Of a stretch of DNA of 64,000 bases, positions 38,200-47,459 are shown piece after piece. Each line of letters opens with the position of its first letter. The stretch's first letter is position 1. The position numbers and the translations under genes are program-made. The notes beneath the pieces are model-generated. The model saw nothing but the letters and a program-made list of their open reading frames with translations, was not told the DNA's origin and ran no database searches. This stretch comes from Candidatus Roizmanbacteria bacterium (GTDB lineage Bacteria; Patescibacteriota; Microgenomatia; UBA1406). Location: NCBI GenBank assembly GCA_024654535.1, contig JANLHL010000038.1:237299-301298 (forward strand). The letters are read 5' to 3'.

Positions 38200-39786
38200 A
38201 TGAATAGGTTTATACATCGAAAATCTGTATTTGTTTTACTATCTATTTTTATTTTTGGTTTATTTTTAAGGGTCAATAATCTTCATGACATTTTTTTTTA
38301 TGGACATGATCAAGCGCGAGATTTTCATGCGGTTTTCGAAATGCTCACTATCCCAAAATTAAAAATAACTGGTCCTGGTACAGATATCCCAGGACTATTT
38401 GCAGGACCTCTATTCTATTATCTTGCTGCCATTCCCTCTATGCTATTTCGCTTCAATCCGAATGCATTTGCAATTCTTCTTATTTGCATCAATCTCTTAG
38501 GTATCCCATTGATATATATATTGGGCAAGCGATATGCGAATTTCACTGTAGGTATAGTTGCAGCATTTTTATGGGCATTGTCGTTTGAATTGTCCAATTT
38601 TTCACGTTTTATTTCAAACCCATCGCTTTTGCCAATATCAGGTTTGATTTTTTTCCTAGGACTATATTTATTTTTTTTTGAGAAAAAACAAAAAGGACTT
38701 CTTATAAGCATTGTTGGTTATGGATTGGCAACTCAGACAGAGTTTTACCCTGTATACTTAGGCATATTGTATCCACTTTTTTTTTGGTTGTATAAGACTT
38801 TTCCAACTCGAAAAACTAGTATATACAGCATTATTTTGGTTGTACTATTTTTTTCAAGTTTTGTTCTAGCAGAAGTTAAATTTCATTTTATGGGAGTGCA
38901 ATCCTTATTTGCATACCTGAGTGAGCCACATGGGTATATGACCTTAATGGATAGTATTAGACTTTATTACAGCAGTCTTGCTCGAACGCTTTCGTTGAAT
39001 ATTTTTGGGATGGGAAAGTCGATTTCTTTTATTCTTTTTTTTCTGTTATACGGTATATTTCTTTTTTTACCATTTGAAAAGAAGAAAAAACTTTTTTTAT
39101 CTGTTTGGTTGTTTGCAACAGTTCCTTTGTCTATATTTAAAACCAATCTTGTCGGTGGTAATTTTGTACATAGCCCTCTCTATGCAAGTTATATTTTAGT
39201 AGTTGCGATTGTGATAGGTACAGCTCTTGAGACGAAAAAATTTCGTTTCATGGGCATATTGGTGTTGCTCATAGTAACTTTTTTTCAGTTACGATTATAT
39301 GTTCGAGACAACTTTACTGAAAGTTTTGTATTAGGCCATCAGCCTATGACGTACCACGATGAAAAACAAGTAGTGTTATATACCTATGAGCAAGCCCATG
39401 GAAAACCTTTCAGTATATGTTCAGTGAGTAATCCTTTATTCGTCAATATTCTTTGGTCTGCTGTTTATACATTGAATGGTGAAAAGTATGGGTACTTGCC
39501 ATTTTGGGCTGGGCCTTCTCAGGGTGCGAGTGCAACATTTTTGCAACCAGACTCAGATCATGTTCCACTAAGGTTCCTTATAATAGAGCCGAGCAATCAA
39601 CTACCCGAGCATGCGCTTCCAACTACATTGTATGCTGAAAACAAAATATCTCGAGTAGTTGAAGAAAAAATATTTGGGAAAATTAGGGTGCAAAAACGTG
39701 TGGTAGACACAAATAGAAAAATACGTGAGAATTCAAAATATGAGGAAATTTTGAAGCGTGACAACCGTTATGGTTGTTTTTTTTAA
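38200..39786 (+). CDS. polytopic membrane protein, possibly ArnT/PMT-like glycosyltransferase
   Basis: About 12 TM helices, an N-terminal loop with GHDQARDF, and a C-terminal soluble domain. Architecture-based call only. Confidence 0.35.
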   Translation: MNRFIHRKSVFVLLSIFIFGLFLRVNNLHDIFFYGHDQARDFHAVFEMLTIPKLKITGPGTDIPGLFAGPLFYYLAAIPSMLFRFNPNAFAILLICINLLGIPLIYILGKRYANFTVGIVAAFLWALSFELSNFSRFISNPSLLPISGLIFFLGLYLFFFEKKQKGLLISIVGYGLATQTEFYPVYLGILYPLFFWLYKTFPTRKTSIYSIILVVLFFSSFVLAEVKFHFMGVQSLFAYLSEPHGYMTLMDSIRLYYSSLARTLSLNIFGMGKSISFILFFLLYGIFLFLPFEKKKKLFLSVWLFATVPLSIFKTNLVGGNFVHSPLYASYILVVAIVIGTALETKKFRFMGILVLLIVTFFQLRLYVRDNFTESFVLGHQPMTYHDEKQVVLYTYEQAHGKPFSICSVSNPLFVNILWSAVYTLNGEKYGYLPFWAGPSQGASATFLQPDSDHVPLRFLIIEPSNQLPEHALPTTLYAENKISRVVEEKIFGKIRVQKRVVDTNRKIRENSKYEEILKRDNRYGCFF

Positions 39787-39912
39787 CCTAAAGAAAGCTG
39801 TGAGGCAGAGGTTAAAAAAACCAAAATTTAAAAAACATATTTAGTTCAATTATTAAGTATTACCCAGTTGTCCTATTTTTATCGAGGGTTTATTGCATTG
39901 GAAATATGGGTC

Positions 39913-41235
39913 TTACATACGTGAAGCTGCATACCATAAAGCCATAAGTGGATTATCTGGCACTGTTGGAATTTCCAGTTCGGAAGCATGAAATGCTGTT
40001 TGCACTACTTGTTCAATTGACGCACCAACAAGATTAGGATTCCCTAATATTTGTCCTGCGGCTACGTTCTTTCCTTCGTGGCCATCTCCAAAAATTCCTG
40101 CAAATGGAATATTATTATAAACTGATCCATCTGGCCTGTAACCTCTATACATCATCAGTGGCCCTTCACCCTTTCCACATACTAGATCAGCAGAGCCTGG
40201 AGGTACTTGACCATATCTTTGGCAGGTTGCAGAATCATTTCGTTCCTTTCCAAGTACGTAGGAATCTCTTTCTGATACTGCGTTGAATGGGTTACTGTCG
40301 TATAGTATTTCAACACCATTATAAAGTCCTAATTTTTTTGCACAGTCTGTGAGTGCTTCAAAGTGTTTTCTATGTGTTACTGTATGAATGGCGACTGCAA
40401 GTTTGTCAGATTGTATTCTTTTAGCCTGACTGGTAAGTAGCTCCTTTGTCCATTCTTCTGTTTCGCGGTGAGGATTACCACTGAAATCTACTGCAATTTT
40501 CGTAGTTCCACATTTGTTACCGGCTAAGCCGAGCATATGCATTGGATTTGTGGGCGTACCCCATGGCAAAATATGTTGGTCATCTAAATGCTTTCGTCTC
40601 GATAAACATTCACGAGCAGTACCAATGTCATGGGTTACTGAATATTCTTCACATCCTGCTGGCTCATCATCCACCATTGCTTCATATTCCTTACCCTTCC
40701 ATGGGTCAGGTGTAACTGCAATTTTCGCTGCAGTATTTCCAAATACCCCTCTTCGTATTAAGTCATTTGCAGTATATGCTGCCGCCACATATGTCGTGAC
40801 AATGAGAATTGGTCCACCTCTATTTACCTGCATACTTTGTATAGCCTCAGATACTGCCTTCCCATTGGCCATGCGCTTGCCTCCATAGTTGATAACGCGG
40901 TTGGGTAGTAGTGCTGTTGCTGCCTCTACTTGAGTAAGTATTCCAAAGTTTTGAGCCTTTGCATATAGTTTAGGAACAAAGCCATTACCCACATCCAATA
41001 CCCAATGTTGATATGGAATATTTCCTAATGCGCAATATTCTGCATACGCATTTGCTTCTCTTAAATGTCCAAAGCCGATACCTCCAAATGCAGAAAGAAT
41101 AAAGACTTGGCCATTTTTTCCTAGAAGATTTCTTAATTCATTTAAATAATGATGGGCGGTATTAATATCAATACAGCCCAGCGAGGGAAAGTCATGTCTC
41201 TTTTGTTCCTGATGCTCACTATTTATGCCCCACAT
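39913..41235 (-). CDS. conserved-looking hypothetical protein, 440 aa, Gly-rich, no domain recognised
   Basis: Long clean ORF whose composition is unlike its neighbours. Candidate motifs: FILSAFGGIGFGH, VTHDIGTARE, HTVTHRKH. Confidence 0.4.
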   Translation of the reverse strand: MWGINSEHQEQKRHDFPSLGCIDINTAHHYLNELRNLLGKNGQVFILSAFGGIGFGHLREANAYAEYCALGNIPYQHWVLDVGNGFVPKLYAKAQNFGILTQVEAATALLPNRVINYGGKRMANGKAVSEAIQSMQVNRGGPILIVTTYVAAAYTANDLIRRGVFGNTAAKIAVTPDPWKGKEYEAMVDDEPAGCEEYSVTHDIGTARECLSRRKHLDDQHILPWGTPTNPMHMLGLAGNKCGTTKIAVDFSGNPHRETEEWTKELLTSQAKRIQSDKLAVAIHTVTHRKHFEALTDCAKKLGLYNGVEILYDSNPFNAVSERDSYVLGKERNDSATCQRYGQVPPGSADLVCGKGEGPLMMYRGYRPDGSVYNNIPFAGIFGDGHEGKNVAAGQILGNPNLVGASIEQVVQTAFHASELEIPTVPDNPLMALWYAASRM

Positions 41236-41368
41236 ATATACATAATAAATATGTATATATAGTATACCACATTGTGGGTTTCTCTTTCATTTCCTTGTCT
41301 AAACCTTCAATGTCTATTTTATAGTGCAGTGTATAGTAGGTGATGATTGAGTTTGTTACAATACGCGT

Positions 41369-42004
41369 ATGAAAAAACCGACGATACTTTATTTTGTACG
41401 CCATGGAGAGACTGTATGGAATGTACAAAAACGTATTCAAGGTCATAAAGACATACGCTTAAATAGAGAAGGAAGAGAGCAGGCTCATACAACAGCTCAA
41501 AAACTGTTTTCGGAAATCACACACGTCCACGCAATTATTTCATCTGATTTACAAAGAACCGCTCAAACAGCAGAAATTATTGCTGAATATTTTAATACGC
41601 CTGTTACGTTTACCACTAGGCTTCGAGAACGAGACTTTGGATCCTTTTCAGGAAAGTCATACAAACAAATATCTACTCTGTTAAAAGATGCATATAAAGT
41701 TTTTGATGGGCTTTCAGAAGAGGATAAATTCGATTTCAGTTTGCATCCTGAGATAGAATCTGAACGGAAACTTCGTACGAGAGTAATGAGTTGTATCGAG
41801 GATACCGTAAACACGTACTCTGGAAAAACTGTTGTCATTGTAACGCATGGTGGAGTATTGCGATCTATTCTTACCGCAATGCAACTCCTTACGACACACG
41901 ATCACGGTCGTATTCATATTGGAAATGGAGCATATTTTGCAATCCGTTTTGAAAGTGGCACATATTTTCTTGCTCTAAGCGAGGGTGTAACATTCCCAAA
42001 ATAA
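41369..42004 (+). CDS. histidine phosphatase (phosphoglycerate mutase-like) family protein
   Basis: LYFVRHGETVWN (RHG catalytic motif) and a C-terminal …HGGVLR segment. TACAAT lies 6 nt upstream of the ATG. Confidence 0.7.
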   Translation: MKKPTILYFVRHGETVWNVQKRIQGHKDIRLNREGREQAHTTAQKLFSEITHVHAIISSDLQRTAQTAEIIAEYFNTPVTFTTRLRERDFGSFSGKSYKQISTLLKDAYKVFDGLSEEDKFDFSLHPEIESERKLRTRVMSCIEDTVNTYSGKTVVIVTHGGVLRSILTAMQLLTTHDHGRIHIGNGAYFAIRFESGTYFLALSEGVTFPK

Positions 42005-42053
42005 TTTTCATACCATTATCGTTTGACACGAACATGCGTAATTAGTAGTATGG

Positions 42054-42809
42054 TTGGACATGACAACAGTGAAACAACTTGAACAGGCGGTTTTTGATTT
42101 GCAAAAAACTATTCGTTCACTCATGATGGTCGTAATTGCTTTGTTTGTATTAACAGCAGGGTACATTGGTTATAAAGAGTTTTATCAGTCAAAAACAGTC
42201 GCCGCTCAGGTGGTGGCCGACGCTCAGCAACCTCCGGCGGAGCAATTTGGTCTATTAAAAGACTATCCCAAACTCGACAAGAATGATCATATAAAGGGAG
42301 ACAGGAGTGCTAAATATTTATTGATTGAGTATTCAGATTTTGAGTGTCCGTTTTGTAAGCAATTTCATGATACAGCGATTCAGTTTTTGAAAGAATATGG
42401 GTCTGAAGCTGCTTTGGTGTACCGTCATTATCCTTTAGCTCAGATTCATTCGAAGGCGACAGATGAAGCGATAGCTTCTGAGTGTGTTGCTTCATTAGGA
42501 GGTAACGAGGCTTTTTGGAAGTTTGCAGAGGGTCTTTTTGCGGTAACCCCTTCGAACGATGGACTTGATCAAACGTTATTACCTGGTTTAGCAGTGAGTG
42601 CAGGGGTAGATCAGGCTGCATTTGAAAATTGTTTTAACCAGAAGGAAACAGCAAAAGTTGTAGAAGATCAATTTAAATCGGGTGTCAGTTTTGGCGTACG
42701 TGGTACTCCGGGAAGCTTCCTCATTAATACGAAAAATGGGAAAGCCGTTTCGATCCCAGGGGCTCTTCCGTATGAAGTTTTTAAGCAAGCACTCGATAAG
42801 ATTAAGTAA
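42054..42809 (+). CDS. membrane-anchored DsbA-like thiol:disulfide oxidoreductase
   Basis: An N-terminal TM anchor, then a thioredoxin fold with FECPFCKQFHD (CPFC active site). Confidence 0.7.
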   Translation: MDMTTVKQLEQAVFDLQKTIRSLMMVVIALFVLTAGYIGYKEFYQSKTVAAQVVADAQQPPAEQFGLLKDYPKLDKNDHIKGDRSAKYLLIEYSDFECPFCKQFHDTAIQFLKEYGSEAALVYRHYPLAQIHSKATDEAIASECVASLGGNEAFWKFAEGLFAVTPSNDGLDQTLLPGLAVSAGVDQAAFENCFNQKETAKVVEDQFKSGVSFGVRGTPGSFLINTKNGKAVSIPGALPYEVFKQALDKIK

Positions 42810-42817
42810 GGATACTC

Positions 42818-43234
42818 ATGGGACAACAAGATGAGGGAAGTCAGGTTAAAAACCATACCCCTATTTCTGTAAATTCTTCGGTTGTCGCTTCAGGCAAGGA
42901 ATCAGAACCCTTGCGAGTAAGTGAAACCATTTCATCTCCCGATTTGGAAGCTTCTTTAGAAGCAACGACGGAGGAATTTATAGAAGAGATACCGCATGTT
43001 CCTGAGATTACGGAAGAAATGAAAAAGGCAGGCGTGCAACATCCGACAACATCCGTACTTATTAATGGGAAGGAATTTAAATTTCCAATGGCTTTAGAGG
43101 AAGTTTCAGATGGATTAAAACAGCCTTCAACATCAGGTAAACACTGGCTCGCGCTATTTATAGAATACATACTCGCAAAACTTGGCTTTAAAATTGTCGA
43201 TAAAAAGGGGAAAAGTCAAGTTATACGCCGATGA
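42818..43234 (+). CDS. hypothetical protein (acidic Ser/Glu-rich N-terminus, hydrophobic C-terminus)
   Basis: ORF only. Confidence 0.3.
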   Translation: MGQQDEGSQVKNHTPISVNSSVVASGKESEPLRVSETISSPDLEASLEATTEEFIEEIPHVPEITEEMKKAGVQHPTTSVLINGKEFKFPMALEEVSDGLKQPSTSGKHWLALFIEYILAKLGFKIVDKKGKSQVIRR

Positions 43235-43530
43235 TTCGTTTGATTACATGCATAACTGCTGCCATACTTCTCGTTTTGTGTACTTTCTTTGTGCCACCTG
43301 TTCAATGGTATATTGTTGGGGGATACATACTTCTCTTTTCTACCACAGTATCCATTTGCATTTCGTATTTCCTTGGATATCGTATTAGTGTATATATTGG
43401 GACTTCTGTAGGATTTTTGCTTTACCTTTTTTGGCAGGGAATATTTGGTTTCGAGTTTGTAGGGCTACTTTTTTTGGCGATCGTCGCATTTGAAATTATG
43501 TATCGGATAGGTATTCGTATGATACAATAG
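43231..43530 (+). CDS. small integral membrane protein (3 TM helices)
   Basis: ORF whose start is translationally coupled to its neighbours (overlapping ATGA). Confidence 0.3.
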   Translation: MIRLITCITAAILLVLCTFFVPPVQWYIVGGYILLFSTTVSICISYFLGYRISVYIGTSVGFLLYLFWQGIFGFEFVGLLFLAIVAFEIMYRIGIRMIQ

Positions 43531-43535
43531 GGTAT

Positions 43536-45020
43536 ATGGTACGGCGCGTTGTGACTTCACAAAGATTTTATGAAATACTGGTTCCTATCGTAACGTGGCT
43601 TATAATTACCACACCCATATGGCTATCTCCCTTTTTTCCAGCGCTTGTTGCCTATTTCATCATAGTTTTTGATGTCTATTTCTTTTATAGAACATTTAAG
43701 ACTGTAGTATTGGCAACAATATCATACATGCGTATAAAGCAGGCAAATAAGATTGATTGGTATAAACGAGCACGTTTTTGTGCGTCATTTGACAAAATAA
43801 ACCACGTTATTATTGTCACTAACTATAAAGAAACAAAGCGGAAATTAAGAATTACCTTAGACGCAATAGCTAAGCAGCGATACGCAAAAAATCATATTCA
43901 TATAGTGCTTGCAATGGAGGAAGCAGAGGGTAGTGCAGCACATGATAGAGCTAACAAGCTTATTTCAGAATATAAGGCATCTATAGCCAGTATTGCAGCA
44001 ACATTTCATCTATTGAAACCAGGTGAAGAAAAAGGAAAGGCCAGCAATGAAACGTGGGCAGCGCGCTATATATCACGAATAGCCGTAAAGAAAAAATGGG
44101 ACCCAAAAAATATTATCGTAACGTCGTGTGATGCCGATAGCGTACTTGATAATCAGTATTTAGCTTGTGTTACCTATCAGTATTTGACGTATCGTGATGC
44201 GCAATACAAGTTTTATTGGGCGCCACTTTTATTGTATTCAAACTATTGGAAGTTAAATTTCTTTATTCGAATACAAACAACCATTTCATCCATTATGCGT
44301 TTAGCCTTCTTATCTGAAACAAGCAACCTCATACAAATATCTACCTATAGCATGAGTTTATGGCTTCTCGAAAAGGTAGATTATTGGGATGTTGACATCA
44401 TTCCAGAAGATTGGCACATTTTTCTACAAGCATTTGTGAAATTTGGCTCAGTCGTTGAAACGAAGCCCGTGTACCTCATTACGACTGGAGATGGTGTGAG
44501 TGGTAAGAATTTTGTCGATTCTATACGCAATAGATATGAACAAGAGAAGAGATGGGCATGGGGAGTCACAGATATTCCTTACGCAATTGAACAACTTATT
44601 CATGCTTCTCACATTAGTATAGTAGATCGTTTTTTTAGAATATTGAGCGTGTTGCAAACTCATATTTTGTGGCCATCATCTTTTTTTGTACTTACGCTTG
44701 GTGCGACTATTCCTATGTTTTTAAACCCGTATTTTAAGCAAACCGCATTGGGATATTTACTACCAAAAGTTGCCGGAAGTATACTGACTTTGACAACGTC
44801 GTTTGTACTTATTATTGCGATCCTCGACTTTCAATCAAAACGTCATTTTCTCAATAAACGAGAAACACCCAAAGTACCATTACTTATGCTGCAGTGGATT
44901 TTATTTCCAATATTGTCGCCAATAATATCTGCATTTTTGTCATCTTTGCCAGCATTAGAATCTCACACGCGCATGTTATTCGGAAAAAAGATAGACTATA
45001 AAGTAACAAAAAAAAGTTAA
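43536..45020 (+). CDS. membrane-embedded family 2 glycosyltransferase (synthase-type)
   Basis: N-terminal TM helices, a cytoplasmic GT-A domain with …VIIVTNYKE… and a TSCDADSVLD (DxD) segment, then C-terminal TM helices. Confidence 0.5.
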   Translation: MVRRVVTSQRFYEILVPIVTWLIITTPIWLSPFFPALVAYFIIVFDVYFFYRTFKTVVLATISYMRIKQANKIDWYKRARFCASFDKINHVIIVTNYKETKRKLRITLDAIAKQRYAKNHIHIVLAMEEAEGSAAHDRANKLISEYKASIASIAATFHLLKPGEEKGKASNETWAARYISRIAVKKKWDPKNIIVTSCDADSVLDNQYLACVTYQYLTYRDAQYKFYWAPLLLYSNYWKLNFFIRIQTTISSIMRLAFLSETSNLIQISTYSMSLWLLEKVDYWDVDIIPEDWHIFLQAFVKFGSVVETKPVYLITTGDGVSGKNFVDSIRNRYEQEKRWAWGVTDIPYAIEQLIHASHISIVDRFFRILSVLQTHILWPSSFFVLTLGATIPMFLNPYFKQTALGYLLPKVAGSILTLTTSFVLIIAILDFQSKRHFLNKRETPKVPLLMLQWILFPILSPIISAFLSSLPALESHTRMLFGKKIDYKVTKKS

Positions 45021-45067
45021 GATTGAAAAGTCAGAAATAATAATTAAAATAAATCGGTGAATTTTCA

Positions 45068-45394
45068 ATGAATAAATCATTTGTTCAGTTGTTACAAAAT
45101 AAATTTGCATGGTTTGGACTTTTTGGGCTAACATATGTGATATCCTTTTTCTATCTTCCTCAACAGGTCCCACTCTATTATTCAACTCTTCTACGAGAAG
45201 ATAAGTTAGCTAATAAATATGAATTGCTGCTCATTCCACTTTTCCTAATAATTCTATTTATATTATGGGAACGGATATTTATAAAATTGACACTTGGGAA
45301 TGAATATATACAGAAACTTGGACAAGGGTTTATTGTATTTTTGGCATGTATGGCGTATGGTAGTTTTGTAAAAATTATATTGAGCGTCATATGA
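45068..45394 (+). CDS. small integral membrane protein
   Basis: ORF with two to three TM helices, lying between the GT2 gene and the MraY/WecA-like gene. Confidence 0.3.
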   Translation: MNKSFVQLLQNKFAWFGLFGLTYVISFFYLPQQVPLYYSTLLREDKLANKYELLLIPLFLIILFILWERIFIKLTLGNEYIQKLGQGFIVFLACMAYGSFVKIILSVI

Positions 45395-46440
45395 TTGTGC
45401 CTGTTATTCTTGCCGGGCTAGTTTCTTTTATTTGTACACCGATTGTTATACGTATAGCTCGGAAAATAGGCCTTACCACCGATGCTGAATTAGGTACTCA
45501 TCCTGCACATACCCATAGTGGGGTTCTGCCCCGTGGAGGCGGCATTCCTATATATATAGGTTTATTGGTCGCTTTTTGGCCATTTTTGGCGAATAAAATC
45601 GTTTTGTCTATTATGTTGGGGGGAGCAATACTCATCATAGTAGGTTTGATAGATGATAAGTATGGATTGTCGCCATATTTGCGATTCATTCTTAATATAT
45701 GTGCTGCTGCCGTTGCAGTTGTTGGCGGTATCGGTATTCCATTCTTAAGTAATCCATTTGGCGCGATTATTGATTTGCATGGATTTATTCTCAATGTAAC
45801 TGTATTGGGCACGAGTGTACATTTATTGTGGTTAGCAGATTTAATTGCTATTCTGTGGATTGTTTGGTGTATGAATATGGTTAACTGGAGCAAGGGGGTA
45901 GATGGACAGTTACCTGGATTTGTTGTCATTACGGCATTTTTCTTGGGTATTTTGGCACTGCGATTTTCACGTCACGACATATCTAAAGAGTTAGTTACTA
46001 TGCTTGCATTTGCTACAGGAGCGTCTTTTTTAGGCTTTTTACCATGGAATTTTTATCCTCAAAAAATATTGCCGGGTTATGGTGCAGGTTCGCTTGCGGG
46101 ATATATGCTTGCCGTTCTCTCAATTCTTTCATGGGGTAAATTAGGAACACTTCTGCTGGTGTTATCCCTGCCTTTAACCGATGCGGTTATAGTGTTTATG
46201 CGTCGGATAAAAAGTAAAAAATCGCCATTCAATGCAGATCGAACACACTTTCATCATAGCCTGTTGGATATGGGTTGGGGTAGAAGGCGTATTGCGGTGT
46301 TTTATTGGCTAGTTTCGCTCGTCTTTGGTATATTTTCACTTGTGGTAACTTCACAGACAAAGTTATTTGGATTCGTGTTACTCATAGCAGTGTTGACTGC
46401 TATTATTGTTTGGAGCTACACAATGGCACGTAGTAAGTAG
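45391..46440 (+). CDS. polyprenyl-phosphate N-acetylhexosamine-1-phosphate transferase (MraY/WecA family)
   Basis: Ten TM helices. LIIVGLIDDKYGLSP (the DD motif) and the typical cytoplasmic loops. Confidence 0.7.
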   Translation: MIVPVILAGLVSFICTPIVIRIARKIGLTTDAELGTHPAHTHSGVLPRGGGIPIYIGLLVAFWPFLANKIVLSIMLGGAILIIVGLIDDKYGLSPYLRFILNICAAAVAVVGGIGIPFLSNPFGAIIDLHGFILNVTVLGTSVHLLWLADLIAILWIVWCMNMVNWSKGVDGQLPGFVVITAFFLGILALRFSRHDISKELVTMLAFATGASFLGFLPWNFYPQKILPGYGAGSLAGYMLAVLSILSWGKLGTLLLVLSLPLTDAVIVFMRRIKSKKSPFNADRTHFHHSLLDMGWGRRRIAVFYWLVSLVFGIFSLVVTSQTKLFGFVLLIAVLTAIIVWSYTMARSK

Positions 46441-46486
46441 TTGCGTATTATTATTTAATTTCTCATTTTTGTCTTATACTTGAAGC

Positions 46487-47338
46487 ATGGTACGAAAAAA
46501 AATTGCCGTTCTTTTTATTTCTATAGCTGTATTTGCAGCTGGATTTTTTACTTACCAGTATTTTTTCCCTGATAATATATTTGTTCGTATTTTAAATGGC
46601 ATGGGGGATGTAAGTATAGAATCTACCCCTACTGCAACCGTATTTGTCGATAATAAAGTAATGGGACAAACGCCTGTGCAGTTTGCATTGAGAGAAGGGG
46701 TATATAAAATCAAGCTTGTCCCCGATGCAACAGTGAAGAAGACGTATACTACGTGGTCTGATTCAATTAGAATTTATAGGAACACGACTGCCTATATTCA
46801 TCGTGTATTAGGCAGTGATGCCGCGTCATCTGCTGGAGAAGTACTAACGCTTGAGAAATCAACAAGTAAGATGGGGCAGCTTTTAATCAGTACTAACCCT
46901 GCCGGCATGTTTGTATCGCTTGACGGTGAAGATAGGGGGTTATCTACTCTGTTTGTCGATGGGGTAACAGCTGGGGAACATGAAGTAGGAGTCCGCGGGG
47001 AAGGTCTATTACCAAGAAGTATTCCTATTAACGTCGTTGAAGGCTACAAATTATTAATTTCTATAAAGGCTGCGGTTGATTCTGACTACAAGAAAAAGCA
47101 AGCAGAGAAAGTTAAATCAAAAATAGTCGAACAAAATCTGTTAGAGATTTTGTCGACTCCCACAGGTTGGTTACGCGTTCGATTTGAACCTTCTATTGAG
47201 GCAAGTGAAGCGGCAAGGGTTGATACTGGTAAAAAATTTACCTACCTTGATGAGCAAGAGGGGTGGTATCAGATTGAATATGAAAAAGGAAAAAAAGGTT
47301 GGGTCAGTGCCGAATATGCAAGCCCTGTTAAGAAATAG
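46487..47338 (+). CDS. membrane-anchored protein with PEGA-like domains and a C-terminal bacterial SH3 (SH3b) domain
   Basis: VFVDNKVMGQTP…YKIKL and FVSLDGEDRGLS…HEVGVR resemble PEGA domains. The C-terminal …GWYQIEYEKGKKGWVSAEY resembles SH3b. Confidence 0.4.
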   Translation: MVRKKIAVLFISIAVFAAGFFTYQYFFPDNIFVRILNGMGDVSIESTPTATVFVDNKVMGQTPVQFALREGVYKIKLVPDATVKKTYTTWSDSIRIYRNTTAYIHRVLGSDAASSAGEVLTLEKSTSKMGQLLISTNPAGMFVSLDGEDRGLSTLFVDGVTAGEHEVGVRGEGLLPRSIPINVVEGYKLLISIKAAVDSDYKKKQAEKVKSKIVEQNLLEILSTPTGWLRVRFEPSIEASEAARVDTGKKFTYLDEQEGWYQIEYEKGKKGWVSAEYASPVKK

Positions 47339-47362
47339 TTGTGTAAATGTATCGTGTTTGCT

Positions 47363-47391
47363 GTTGCATTTCATTTTTCCCCTCTGTATAA
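47363..47391 (+). promoter_or_regulatory. canonical σ70 promoter, TTGCAT–17 nt–TATAAT, upstream of tuf
   Basis: Read directly: ttgcat (47363–68), a 17-nt spacer, tataat (47386–91). It sits about 70 nt upstream of the tuf ATG. Confidence 0.6.
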
Positions 47392-47459
47392 TTCCCTATA
47401 CATACCGAAACAAATAGTGAGGTATGGAGTTGTTTTATTATTTACTAGTTTAAATTAAA

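Noticed and set aside
39787-39912. Possible terminator between convergent genes (aacct…aggtt followed by an A-run)
   Set aside because: The stem is only 5 bp with a ~19-nt loop, and the U/A-run is on the wrong side for either strand.
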